Below, in pieces: positions 25,101 through 31,214 of a stretch of 32,531 nucleotides of DNA (its first letter is position 1; every line of letters begins with the position of its first letter). Both the position numbers and the translations under genes were made by a program. The notes beneath the pieces are model-generated. The model was not told the origin of the DNA. It searched no databases and saw only the letters and a program-made list of their open reading frames with translations. Source of the DNA: Planctomycetota bacterium (GTDB lineage Bacteria; Planctomycetota; MHYJ01; JACQXL01); contig JACQXL010000073.1 of NCBI GenBank assembly GCA_016208805.1, forward strand, positions 1-32,531, in the 5' to 3' direction.

Positions 25101-28100
25101 TCTTGATACGCCTAATGTGGCCGCAGATTTTGAGGTGGGCGATACAGTGGTATTCCAGTGGACCGCCACCGGACCGATTGCGCAGGTTAATATCCTCTAT
25201 TCAACCGATGACTTTGCAACCGTCACCAAGACATTATTCAGCGGACTGGCATCAGGTTCAGGGACAAAGACCCAGAACTGGACAATACCAAATGATTTTG
25301 CCGACCTAACTACTTCAAGAATCATCAGATTCAAAGTGGTAGATTCGTCAGATAGCGCGGTTTATGACAATTCTGATGCGATGTTCAAGATAAAGGGTAA
25401 ATTCCAGGTAATTGACCCGAATTCCAGCAACCTGACCTGGCTGGTGGGCGAATTAAGAACCATCACTTGGACTACCACCGGCAAGATTGCGTCCGTGAAT
25501 GTGCAGTACAGCAAGGACGGCACCACAAACTGGACGACCTTCAGTAATGGTAGTGGCGTGCCTGACAATGCGGCTGGTAGCGGTTTAGGAACCACGGCGC
25601 TAATCGTTACCGTGCCAGATGCGATAAGTCCAACCTTCCGGGTGCGGGTGGTTAATCAGGTAGACACCGCAGTTGCCGACCCTTGCGATTATGATATCAG
25701 GATAAGAGGCCGGTTACAGATATATGACCCGATTGCCACGACCAAGTGGCTTGTAAGTAATCAGGAATTTATTAGATGGAATGTCTATGGCTCTATTCCT
25801 ACGGTAAATATTGAATACCAGGATGCCCTTGTGCCGGGTTGGATTCCGATAACCACCTCAGCACCGGCCACAAACACCCCGACCACCGGACAATACCTGT
25901 GGGCAATTCCTAACTTTATCAAAGATTCTGTCCAGGTCAGGGTGGTGCAGAGTGACGATGCGGCAGTATTTAGCGAGTCAGCCCAGTTTAAGATAAGAGG
26001 TAAAGTCAGGATAGATACGCCAAACGGCGGAGAAACATATTATCCGTATGACGCAGTTTATCAGACGACTAAATACCCAATAACCTACACGGTTACCGGT
26101 TCGGTATCACAGGTAAGACTGGAATATTGTCCGGATGGCGTGGCAGGTCCGTGGACGGTCATAGCGCTGATTAATCCGCCTTCCGCAGGTACTTATACTT
26201 ATATGTGGGAGGTGCCGGGGGCTTTGAATGATATAAAGGAAACCGTGCGAGTTCAGATAGTGGATACTATGGCTAACGGAGAATCTGATTACTCGGACAA
26301 TCCATTTAAGATTAAGGGTATAATGCAGGTTAGTGAACCACCTGATGCAGACGGTGTTTGGGAGGTTGGTCAATCAGGCACAATTCTGTGGAGTGTGGTT
26401 GGAGCAGTGGGTGATGTAACCTTGCAGTATCTCCAACCGGCTGATGGATTCTGGTATGATATTGCAAGCGTTTCAACCACATCGGGCGCCAATAGTTATG
26501 TCTGGGGTAGTGTGGCGGATGCGATAACCTCAACCGCGCGGGTGCGGGTAAAACCAGTGATTTCAACTAAGGCGGATATCGCCGTTTCTAACCCATTTAA
26601 GATTAAAGGACGCGTTTTAGTAACCGCTCCGACTCTTGGATATGTGGCTAAGGTGGGCGAGAGTTGCCCGATTTCCTGGGTGATTTCCGGGACGATGAAT
26701 ACGGTTACTCTTCAGTATAAAGTCGGGATAGATGCCTGGCAAGATATAACTACTGTGCCCGCCGGACTACTCGGCGGAACATATAACGGCTGGACTACAC
26801 CGGATAGGATTTCAACCAATGTCCGGGTTAGGGTCTTTGATACCTCTGTGCCGGAGGCATTTGACGACTCCGACCAGTTTGAGATACGCGGCAAACTTCA
26901 TCTGGATTATCCGTCTGATAGCGGGCTACCGGACTGGGTAATATTCGGAACTTACCCCATCACCTGGACGGCTTATGGCACTATTAATCAGGTAGAATTA
27001 AGATATGACCTTAATAATGGCAATGGACCGGACGGTAATCCGGATACGGGGGATGAATATCTAAATGTAATTACTACAACCGCTTCAGGCGCGCTAACGC
27101 ATGACTATTACTGGACTGTGCCGGATATTGCATCGGCTAATACCCGTATCAGGGTCGTGGATGTAACTAATTCTGCCGTGAAAGACGAAAGCGATTACCC
27201 GTTTAGAATCGCTGGTACTATTACTGTAGAATACCCGGGCACTGGCAATGTCTTTACCGTAGGCGACCCTATCGTGATTACCGGCACCAAAAGCAGCGGT
27301 GTTACTCAGGCGGATATCCAATACTGGAATGGCAACTTGAGTCAATATGTATCTGTGGCAATATCCGCTTCTATCGGAACCGGTTTGACCTGGTCGTATA
27401 ACTGGATTGCGCCTGACTGCCTCATGGGCGACCTACGTATCAAGGCAATATTCTCCGAAGATACAACCATCTTTGACATCGGCGACCAGTTCCGCGTCAA
27501 AGGTAACCTTACCCTCGGTCGGCCAAACGGCAACGAAGTCTTCACGGTCGGCACAACCGAACCGATTACCTGGACAATGATGGGCTCTATAATCAATGTC
27601 AATCTCTATTATTCACTGGATAATTTCGTTTCGTCGTCTAGGACCATCGCGACCGACCTTAGCGCCGTGGCCGGTTCATACAACTGGCCGGTGCCCGATG
27701 ATATTACCGCCGGCTACAGCGTTAAAATTAGAATAACGGACTCTGCTTATGAAATAGGCACCTATGACGACAGTAATAATCCATTTAAGATAAGGGGCAA
27801 AACCGAGGTTCAACCGATTACATGGACGGTTACCGGCTCAATCCAGAAAGTAAGACTAACATATACCTATGGTGAACCGGATGGCCGGACAACTGAGATA
27901 GAAATCACTCCCGACACGGCGGGAACAACTACAGGCAATACCGGCGTATACCTCTGGACCGTTCCGAACCTGATTACATCAAAAGCCAGAATCAAGGTTT
28001 ATGATAAAAACGATAATAATACCTGGGATGAAAGCGATAATACCTTTAAGACCAGAGGCAATATCACGGTTGGTTCGCCCAACGGCAACGAGGCTTGGTT

Positions 28101-31100
28101 GGTTGGCGTGGAATATCCGATTACCTGGACCACAGTAGGACCGATTGCCAATGTGGGCATTCAGGTATCCATAGACCCGGCGCATTCTACATGGGAAACA
28201 CTGGTTACTTCTACTGCTGCCGCGGCTGGTGTCTATACATGGACAGTATTAGACCGTATCTCGGCTACCGCACAAATCCGCGTCCTTGATGCCGCCGATG
28301 CAACCGTCAGGGATGATTCTAATAACGACTTCAGGATTAGGGGTCGGTTCAATGTCGTCTATCCTAATGGCGGTCAGATATTTGTAGTCGGCCAGACTAA
28401 TGTTCCGATTACCTGGACTTCCACCGGCACGATGGATACCGTCAAGATAGAGTATTCCAGGGATGACTTTAATAGCGATATTAATACCATTATTGCCTCA
28501 ACCGAGAATGATGGCAGTTACCCCTGGCCGGTTATTCCTGACGCGATTGTGTCAACCATGGCTGTAAAAATCAGGGTTTCTTCTACCACTGACTACGGCG
28601 CACGAGACGACTCCGACAGCGGATTCAAGATAAGGGGCGATTTAAACGTCCTTGTCCCAAATAACCCGGGTATTGTCTGGACTGTAGGTGAACAGAGAGT
28701 TATCCAGTGGAGCAAGACCGGCTCCATCAGCCAGGTGGAACTAAGATATTCCGATGATAATTTTGGGACTTATAACTCCATAAGTATTACTAATGCCGCG
28801 GCACTCTCTTATACCTGGACCGTGCCGGATGCGATAGGCGTAACCCCCAAGATGAAGATTCGGATTCTGGATGTTGCGGACAGCACGGTCTATGACGACT
28901 CTGATAACGCCTTTAAGATAAAAGGCAATATTACTATCGGTTCGCCTAAGATAAACGATATATTCACGGTCTATCACGCCAGTTATTACCCGACCACGCA
29001 TCCGATTACCTGGACACTAACCGGCACTATAAATAATGTCAAGATAGACTATTCTAAAGATAATTTTGCCACCAGTTGGCCGGTTGTTGCTTCTACTTCT
29101 GGTCCGGCCGGTCTATATAATTGGCCGGTGCCCGATGACATATCGTCAACCGTGCGTATCAGAATATACGATGCGGCTGATTCAACGGTCTATGTTGACT
29201 CGGATACTTTCTATATAAAGGGTAAGTTGTTTGTTACCGCGCCTCTGGCCGGTAATGCTTGGAAGGTCGGCTCTTCGCAGAATATCCAGTGGAACACCAC
29301 GGGTACTATTGCCAGCGTTAAACTTGATTACTTATCGCCGGCAGTGAACGATTGGATTAACATTACACCATCAACTACTAATACCGGTATCTTCGGCTGG
29401 TTGATACCGAATGATATTACCTATAGTAATAATGTTATTGTTCGCGTAATCAATCTATCAGACCCTAATGTTTATACCGATTCCGGTGGCTTTAAGATAA
29501 GAGGCGATTTTATAGTTGCCCAGCCCAACAGCGGTGCAGAAATATGGGAGGTCGCGACCAACCAGGTTATATCCTGGACCACCACCGGCACAATCAATAA
29601 CATAGACCTGCTCTATTCAACCGATAACTTCGGCCCGAATACCTGGACCATCTTCACCAATACGCTCAATAGCAGCCCTTACAACTGGGCTGTGCCTGAT
29701 AATGTTTCAAATAGCGTCCGGGTCAGGGTGCGCGATACCAATGACCCGAATCTGGTCTATGACGATTCCAATAACGACTTTTCTATTGTCGCCCGGATGC
29801 AGGTAACCAAGCCGTCAGCCGGTGAGAAATGGCAGGTGGGTGAAAAATACAGCGTAAAGTGGAAATGTTGGGGAACCGTGCCGAATGTCAAGATTGATTA
29901 TTCTGTTGCGCCGCCGTTCACGGTCTGGAAACCGGTCATCGCGTCATATGTTAACAACGCCAGCAATGACGGGCTGGTAGAAGGTTCATATGAATGGACT
30001 ATACCTGATGATATTTCAGAAACGGTTATTGTCCGTGTGGCGGATACCCGTTATCCATCACTGGTCTATGCCGATTCAGGACAATTCAAGATTAAGGGCG
30101 CTGTCAGAATCACCGCTCCGGTTCTTGATGATGTCTTCTATGTCTATCATCCGACCGCGAACCCGAATCCACATAATATTGTCTTCAGCGTAACCGGCAC
30201 AGGAGTTGGCGCGGTTAAGATACAATATTCCAAAGACAACTTCGCCACCACGCCGACCCTTATCGCAACTATGGCAACGGTTCAGGGTGTTAATACTTAT
30301 CAGTGGCAGGTGGACGATGCGATTGGCATAAATGTCAAAATCAGGGTAGAAAAGGAAACCGACTCCGAGACCATGGTTGATTCTGAATTCTTCATGATTA
30401 AGGGTAAATACACAGTAACCGCTCCGGGACCAGGCGCCTATATCGTCGGCTCTACCACTGCTATCCAGTGGATATCCTCCAGTACCATTTTTAATGTCAA
30501 GTTAGAATACTGGTCGCAGTCGGCCGGGAATTATGTGGTTATCCCCGGTGCCGGCAATATCCCGAACACCGGCTCATATTCCTGGCAGATACCCGACGAC
30601 ATCACCGCGGTTAACAATGTCAAGGTCAAGGTTTCTAATGCCGCTGACTCTTCAAGTTATGACGAAAGCGATGTTTCCTTTAAGATACGCGGCGATTTTG
30701 CCGTCCTGTTCCCTAATGCCGTCATAGACACCCTCCGGGTCGGCGAGGCCACGCCGGTCTCCTGGACCACCACCGGCAACATTCAGTATGTCAAGCTGGA
30801 ATATTCCACTGATGGTGGAACTACCTGGATTGACCCGCCCATAGAATCCAACCTCTTCCCTAACCCAAATACATATATTTGGACTGTGCCGGATGCCATT
30901 ACGACTACCGCCCGCTTCAGGGTGGCTGATGTGGCTGACCCAACCGTCTATGATATCTCTAACAATAACTTCAGGATTATGGGCAAGATTACGGTTAATC
31001 AACCTTCAGGTTCTGGTATTGTCTGGGTGGTCGGCACGAGCCAGAAGATTCGCTGGACCACCACCGCAACTATACCACGGGTTAAAATAGAATGGTCTGA

Positions 31101-31197
31101 AACCGACTTCTCCACGGTTTATTCCAGCACAGAGGTAGATTGTGGTCCGGCCGGCGTCTATGAGTATGACTGGACCATCCCCGGCCGGCGTCTATGA
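10165..31197 (+). CDS. Giant cell-surface protein (TM anchor, 3 LamG-like domains, beta-propeller-like insert, Ig-like repeat array); ORF interrupted at 31197 by a 34-nt tandem duplication and continuing to the window end
   Basis: 21-kb stop-free frame (7,010 codons) with recognisable domain grammar throughout. An in-frame TAG at 10159-10161 bounds the ORF upstream. No other in-frame ATG retains the TM anchor. Confidence 0.92.
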   Translation: MRNEPQIKLGGWRAVKFIGLAAGIVFIAFLLAYTASQNWHFVDPATDYVLDSTTDTISGLPNIELVTPSSIARLTLHPGRTYTAETKSGGDYNFDSGLYGSYLTATVPEKVVRLANSANGGYGNFDPAAGLASGSFLSRIFDSTVAGSNWTNIGWTDKRSETAEASAALTATISALYRFNTAPGIIADSGTYANTLANSGAALSGVQPNDANGEGLYNQSGYFNGASYLSRADAGSTNLNFGQDSFSMECWVKTSMTGKGPIINKRAAVITGTLGWEIGLNYDDTPANAGKPYLAIILQDYDVELSQAANFPQYLSAGRPVNDNQWHHIAAYRQIDQIAIYVDGIFQGKSGLDNPAANVNNAATMYIGWATETYEGTTTNYYYTGKLDELILYKGRVLTESEIFSRYERGLGVKFRVRASDTATSGWTDAVPAWSGEIINSSTTPSSVTTVSGRYFQYQAVLESRNRGATPMLTQVAVSGPASPADKTDDGSQSVEFDPEQIYTNPWGTSRRTMTVYRTDYISVKPRTDLTAARAGTEDGITALWRLEGNTTDLAGGDNPAILMNSPVYSTTVVALSPSNTNSIQLDGVNQYLTAAHSANIAFKYDHTLEAWIYPTVALDASGLPSQLAPAMTILDKGGYKVWWDNKSGKMLYELQDVTAKGVWQKDNLFKNATANFQSATPYFSELIQCMAVYRGKLYVGVSGNFVATTTTNGEARIYVYDGKTWELAYDPVPLGALLDYERVLCMTVAYDRLYCGLGITIDDGDLAIFDGTNWTMNYGLDAADYEGVYSLGTWKDGGTEYLYAGVGYSGNDADVYYINSAGTWTQVANNLGNDDAVTSLYVFKNKLYIGTGLDRDEAIVYRYDTPPTVATAPVTVYNPSATEALENVQCMTEYNGKIYVGFDGNAAGDADYAVSDSGDSGTWTLYKYNQIGGVGTFEGIYTMFTYDGKLYAGLGTSAGDCQLWYTTDGTGWTRDDDLYGIAGGYRTIKSQAEYMGRLYLGFGSALYNATTSIAITAGEPYDLFYLQSKGYIASTMNSFNVNTWYHIQAAYDRSVNRKMYLRISDTGGLIEENTVRANMILNASSVPLYIGADRQYGRYFRGLIDEVGLFNTAYIGAHQGPAYYESGEIAAPNNGYVRWNNIAWGEQERYGDELTAESGVEMAGLWHLNNNTIDEFGSTTDPANTLLDFTAGAKFGGYAGWFNGTNNKIAVWDGAAYNWTSAGLTVEAWVKNSTMLPQSIVAKGAGTTLEFRLYIENDYRPAFWVSSGGSGKSPLAYGPVARTVTDNRWHHIVGVYDGTSVKVFVDGESGGSVSYSGTVYNGADAVWIGSDQEGEWYYTGVIDEVAIYRRPLQSAEVLSRYQKGVTSLKLRVSVRDGGGYGSWVGPNDTDSDFKIGQSEVISGTTGLVGRAIKYRAEFTTANPLYPARFDLLKLAHQPYYSNQSPWVSNSSGWGYTGLAGFFETRGSGSATVDNVRYQISHPANPAEWWWYNAGWQIATSSVMSSTWQTINDNIYTFDPDGAPQSGNFYFKAFLVSNGIEYVALDEVKVADQSVTVTYPNGGEQWALGEQRQFQWSKKGAVTAVKIELARNGLGGSWEVITDTVDAAAGVYTWTVTSPVSTTCYARITSLQDASVWDTSNAQFEIKEVSGKSITIGSPSAGDNWIAEDPHSITWTTLGGVGNVTIQYSKSGNFDDTKTLVTGIPNTTTIYNWTPVSSDISSAAGGKIRIMEDDGSPTTDSNAFFVKAGFNITVPNTYPISWVVGTNQTIQWFTKGDSGDVKLEYSRDDFNSDINIITPAISNSPGAGSYVWTPIPITTTLGAAYNVKVRIKTLDATKPPAEDKSDNGFKICGSITVGQPNGGETLYVNDMGNVITWTKVGNIVNYQIRYSTNGGTSWPYNIVASTGGTDLGGGVRGFTWEPIPDTISPDCRVKITDADDGPFYEVLDTSNANFTIKGKLALTTHPGQASGQEFVIDSTTPISWNTVGTIPNVNVWYIDDFGSVKITGPISNTGGILWTITDDLNPDPNSNVRVWVENADDTTVKSQSLNAFKIKGEITVGKPVGGDTYLAYHSSYQTTTYSITWTVTGSIPFVRLEYSTTGEFGAYSTVAPPAPVIIACGATGTYNYTWQVPSVLSVACRVKVSDSADTAVYGLSQPTDFTVKGKLEVTAPISSDIWAVGDTDKIIKFKVTGNIGDARIEYLDNTSTWQPITTSFPATAGIENSYQWSSGVADVITTTARIRVRPVIAERADPSESPLFTIKTNINVYKPALNDSVYVYHPTYQPTKYPITYTYTGTVTNVKFQYSANGDAGPWTDIGTGFTNGDGTGQYNWEVPNVITSTAKVKVLDNDANHPAAEGKSQQFLIKGRLIVAYPSAGDAVTYQDNIAISWTAVGSFTPVKIEYYDGTSWVTPEITSSAASVSGTNNSYPWNIPDKDSDTCKIRVSSTDWQNISAEGGVFRIKGKVQVTTPAGGEVYVIGQNPVISGTKSTSVSAIKLEYYNDGSVSPGWETVVTSYAVAPLTTWSYSGWTVPDKISADPFSPAAKIRITDVTVAGYSDVTSTSNSFKVIGSFTITYPDAVATWGVGEPRPITWTTNGSISKVNIQWSINGVTWTNFVTNYDNNGNGTTAIGITVPDAITNTFRVRVAANTDSTVYKDSPNFVVKGRFLMTQPISTTKWLVNNQEDIKWDVWGTISKVNIYYWNQTIPDWVSITTNAPATNTVTTGQYLWTIPNLIRDDIKVKVENVDDTSVVRESDPFKIRGKVHIDVPNGGQVYYVYDTVDQPTKSPIQFTITGSITTALNLEYSIDDAVWNPIATTTVASAGVYTYQWEVPGTVPTNICKTVKVRIVDTAVEGEIDPSDANFEIRGKIFVTGPITTTVWAVGEIGNSIVWTSVGNIGSVTLQYLKDITWTNITTVASNDGTNNYLWSAGVANAISSAAKIRVVPDPAFDRASPAESPAFSIKSTITVGSPMANAVLLVDSTTPITWTYTGTVSKVNIEFNINEEVTWTAVATADTAGNGTGSYDWKVPNAISTNVNIRISDADAGHPAGTVEGPTFNIKGKLTVGAPISTSEWTTGESRAITWTANGGPFNIKLELSTDDGLSWEATPIVASYGSVSGTNTYTWNPVWDRVSSKCRIRISPTQTWQSISDVSPQFKIKGLLTVTAPSMAGQSGYLTIGQNPSITGTKSTAVTSIKIEYYNDSAIPGWETLIASHGVGVGTTWSYGLWTVPDKISADPLSPAAKIRVTDVTDAGITCSSESGTFKVCGSFTVTYPPALTVWLVGESRPITWTTNGSINNVNVQWSKDGGSNWTTFSNGTNVSNNGNGTTALTITVPDAIANTFKVRVVASGDSTVWASSPNIEVKGRLQITAPIATTIWRVGNQEYITWDVWGTISKVNIYYWNQTIPDWVSITTNAPATNTPTTGQYLWTIPNLIRDDFKVKVENVDDSSVVRESDPFKIRGKVQVNNPNGAEVYYVYDSVDQTTKYPITYTVTGAISQVKIEYLQSGITWTLISTTNATGLWMWEVPGAAADICKAVRVRVTDNINSDTADDSNADFEIRGKIFVTGPITTTVWAVGEIGNSIVWTSVGNIGSVTLQYLKAGSWYDITTVASNDGINSYLWVAPGVADAISTAAKVRVKPDETFDRANIAESPAFTIKTTITIGKPTAGESLFVDNTYTITWTYTGTVSQVKIEYNKNDEVTWTQVALVTASQKFYDWQVPDAISDNVNIRISDNDAGHPPATVESGQFYIKGQVTVGAPAFGAEWTYNESRNITWTANGGPFDVRIELSTNNGGSWEATPIVASYGSVSGTNTYPWNPVWDRVSAQCKVRVKSTGDLQNISDESEVFKIKGQLQIGYPAGGEVFVVNSSPTITGTKSTAVRYIKIECDYDDTAPGDWVTLAASYDVGAGTTWSYGGWTVLDRISANPLGPAARIRVTDVTDASITNVIATSNNFKVIGGFTVTYPTAGTTWLVGESRPITWTTNGAINAVNVQWSKDGGSNWTTFSNGANVPNNGNGTTALTITVPDAITNTFKVRVVAFSDDTVWAASPNIEVKGRLQITQPISTTKWLVDNQEEIKWDVYGSVSSVNIDYRTGLLQPWVSITTTAPATYTSGAGRYGWTIPNVIGDTLQVRVVQSNDSAVESISAQYLKIRGKVQINNPNNGTEVYYPYDAVYQTTKYPITYTVTGSVSQVRLEYCPDGVAGPWTQITLVDTPVSGTSTYLWEVPGALTDIKKTVRVQIVDTTADGESDYSDANFEIRGRVTVTSPDASATWAVGETGRTINWDGVGNIGNVTLEYLKGVSWYSIATVASSNGPNSYLWNAGTPPYVADAISTAAKIRIVPDPAFGRAITDDSDPFTIKSTLMLGKPTAGESLYVDNSYTITWTYTGTVTNVKLEYNINDEVTWTNIATVSAGAVGQGSYDWTVPNAISSNVNLRISDADAGHPAATVEGVQFFIKGQITIGSPALDAEWTKGESRAITWTANGGPFPVKIELSTNNGGSWEATPILGAYTSVSGTNSWTWNPVWDRVSSQCKIKISSTDGWQNISGLSNSFKIKGTVTVGYPAGGETFVVNNNPTITGTKSGAVTAFKIEVDYDDTAPGDWVTLAASYAVVSGSATWSYGGWTVLDRISANPLSPAARIRVTDVTDASITNIIAISNNFKVKGAISVSSPAFPDEWLVGSSQTITWSATGSVSPVNIYYSTDDFATITKTIATNVLAGSGTRIYTWPAVADNITSGYTVKVKVCASNDQDDVKGVSSIFKIKGAIEVREPSNPGIELEVGSAYTITWRTTGQPKNVRIVYYTDIIPETEIVASTPATYVPIAGVTYEGRYPNWVVPPAVSKQARIKIYDKDDNTVYDISDNVFRIKAKITVTSPNTGNEVGIVGADPGLSISWAITGTATNVKLEYTVNNGLTWTNIATVDAGATPYNWVIPDVTGIISNNCRVRVTDADAGETDILDISDNLFRIRGKLNLDTPNVAADFEVGDTVVFQWTATGPIAQVNILYSTDDFATVTKTLFSGLASGSGTKTQNWTIPNDFADLTTSRIIRFKVVDSSDSAVYDNSDAMFKIKGKFQVIDPNSSNLTWLVGELRTITWTTTGKIASVNVQYSKDGTTNWTTFSNGSGVPDNAAGSGLGTTALIVTVPDAISPTFRVRVVNQVDTAVADPCDYDIRIRGRLQIYDPIATTKWLVSNQEFIRWNVYGSIPTVNIEYQDALVPGWIPITTSAPATNTPTTGQYLWAIPNFIKDSVQVRVVQSDDAAVFSESAQFKIRGKVRIDTPNGGETYYPYDAVYQTTKYPITYTVTGSVSQVRLEYCPDGVAGPWTVIALINPPSAGTYTYMWEVPGALNDIKETVRVQIVDTMANGESDYSDNPFKIKGIMQVSEPPDADGVWEVGQSGTILWSVVGAVGDVTLQYLQPADGFWYDIASVSTTSGANSYVWGSVADAITSTARVRVKPVISTKADIAVSNPFKIKGRVLVTAPTLGYVAKVGESCPISWVISGTMNTVTLQYKVGIDAWQDITTVPAGLLGGTYNGWTTPDRISTNVRVRVFDTSVPEAFDDSDQFEIRGKLHLDYPSDSGLPDWVIFGTYPITWTAYGTINQVELRYDLNNGNGPDGNPDTGDEYLNVITTTASGALTHDYYWTVPDIASANTRIRVVDVTNSAVKDESDYPFRIAGTITVEYPGTGNVFTVGDPIVITGTKSSGVTQADIQYWNGNLSQYVSVAISASIGTGLTWSYNWIAPDCLMGDLRIKAIFSEDTTIFDIGDQFRVKGNLTLGRPNGNEVFTVGTTEPITWTMMGSIINVNLYYSLDNFVSSSRTIATDLSAVAGSYNWPVPDDITAGYSVKIRITDSAYEIGTYDDSNNPFKIRGKTEVQPITWTVTGSIQKVRLTYTYGEPDGRTTEIEITPDTAGTTTGNTGVYLWTVPNLITSKARIKVYDKNDNNTWDESDNTFKTRGNITVGSPNGNEAWLVGVEYPITWTTVGPIANVGIQVSIDPAHSTWETLVTSTAAAAGVYTWTVLDRISATAQIRVLDAADATVRDDSNNDFRIRGRFNVVYPNGGQIFVVGQTNVPITWTSTGTMDTVKIEYSRDDFNSDINTIIASTENDGSYPWPVIPDAIVSTMAVKIRVSSTTDYGARDDSDSGFKIRGDLNVLVPNNPGIVWTVGEQRVIQWSKTGSISQVELRYSDDNFGTYNSISITNAAALSYTWTVPDAIGVTPKMKIRILDVADSTVYDDSDNAFKIKGNITIGSPKINDIFTVYHASYYPTTHPITWTLTGTINNVKIDYSKDNFATSWPVVASTSGPAGLYNWPVPDDISSTVRIRIYDAADSTVYVDSDTFYIKGKLFVTAPLAGNAWKVGSSQNIQWNTTGTIASVKLDYLSPAVNDWINITPSTTNTGIFGWLIPNDITYSNNVIVRVINLSDPNVYTDSGGFKIRGDFIVAQPNSGAEIWEVATNQVISWTTTGTINNIDLLYSTDNFGPNTWTIFTNTLNSSPYNWAVPDNVSNSVRVRVRDTNDPNLVYDDSNNDFSIVARMQVTKPSAGEKWQVGEKYSVKWKCWGTVPNVKIDYSVAPPFTVWKPVIASYVNNASNDGLVEGSYEWTIPDDISETVIVRVADTRYPSLVYADSGQFKIKGAVRITAPVLDDVFYVYHPTANPNPHNIVFSVTGTGVGAVKIQYSKDNFATTPTLIATMATVQGVNTYQWQVDDAIGINVKIRVEKETDSETMVDSEFFMIKGKYTVTAPGPGAYIVGSTTAIQWISSSTIFNVKLEYWSQSAGNYVVIPGAGNIPNTGSYSWQIPDDITAVNNVKVKVSNAADSSSYDESDVSFKIRGDFAVLFPNAVIDTLRVGEATPVSWTTTGNIQYVKLEYSTDGGTTWIDPPIESNLFPNPNTYIWTVPDAITTTARFRVADVADPTVYDISNNNFRIMGKITVNQPSGSGIVWVVGTSQKIRWTTTATIPRVKIEWSETDFSTVYSSTEVDCGPAGVYEYDWTIPGRRL
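10204..10269 (+). other. N-terminal transmembrane anchor or uncleaved signal of the giant protein
   Basis: AVKFIGLAAGIVFIAFLLAYTA is preceded by basic residues (KLGGWR). No prepilin-type G/FTLIE motif and no lipobox are present. Confidence 0.7.
10801..11400 (+). other. LamG/ConA-like jelly-roll domain 1 (LamG_3-like)
   Basis: FSMECWVKTS...WEIGL...NQWHHIAAYRQIDQIAIYVDGIFQG...MYIGW...YYYTGKLDELILYKGRVLTESEIFSRYERG. A further beta-rich segment follows, ending RYFQYQAVLES..ATPMLTQVAVS. Confidence 0.75.
11782..13500 (+). other. LamG-like domain 2, split by a ~330-aa insertion
   Basis: The N-half is LWRLEGNTTDLAGG...HTLEAWIYPTV...ILDKGGYKVWWDNKSGKMLYELQD (to about 12135). The C-half is NTWYHIQAAYDRSVNRKMYLRISD...LYIGADRQYGRYFRGLIDEVGLFN (13221-13500). 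Confidence 0.6.
12220..13190 (+). other. Beta-propeller-like repeat region (6-7 blades) inserted in LamG domain 2
   Basis: A blade motif recurs every ~45-50 aa: VYRGKLYVGVSG, AYDRLYCGLG, TEYLYAGVGY, FKNKLYIGTG, YNGKIYVGFDG, YDGKLYAGLG, YMGRLYLGFG. Each is followed by ..Y.YDG..W-type strands. The DNA is visibly more AT-rich than the flanking LamG halves. Confidence 0.5.
13651..14259 (+). other. LamG/ConA-like jelly-roll domain 3
   Basis: LWHLNNNTIDEFG...LTVEAWVKNS...NRWHHIVGVYDGTSVKVFVDGESGG...VWIGSDQEGEWYYTGVIDEVAIYRRPLQSAEVLSRYQKG. A beta segment follows, ending GRAIKYRAEFTTANPLYPARFDLLKLA. Confidence 0.75.
16333..22641 (+). repeat. Three complete tandem copies of a 7-domain super-repeat (2121, 2106 and 2082 nt)
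   Basis: The unit order a-g recurs with starts at 16333, 18454, 20560 and 22642. a = YVYD..QTTKYPITYTVTG. b = VWAVGE..I.W.SVGNIG.VTLQYL. c = ITWTYTGTV. d = ITWTANGGPF...SWEATPI. e = NP.ITGTKS.AV. f = RPITWTTNGSI. g = I.WDVWGTISKVNIYY. Confidence 0.85.
22642..26610 (+). repeat. Fourth super-repeat copy interrupted by a 4-domain insertion, plus a partial fifth copy
   Basis: Domains a-e lie at 22642-24177. Unrelated domains lie at 24178-25398. Domains f-g lie at 25399-26001. Domains a-b occur again at 26002-26610. Confidence 0.75.
24178..25398 (+). other. 1,221-nt (4-domain) block inserted between domains e and f of super-repeat copy 4
   Basis: The domains start AISVSSPAFPDEW, AIEVREPSNPGIE, KITVTSPNTGNEV and KLNLDTPNVAADF. 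The first and fourth share YSTDDFAT[IV]TKT. The length is an exact multiple of 3. Confidence 0.7.
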
Positions 31198-31214
31198 GTA
31201 TGACTGGACCATCC
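31147..31214 (+). repeat. Exact 34-nt tandem duplication that breaks the giant ORF (+1 shift)
   Basis: CCGGCCGGCGTCTATGAGTATGACTGGACCATCC occurs at 31147-31180 and again at 31181-31214. The downstream domain continues perfectly in the +1 frame. Confidence 0.95.
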
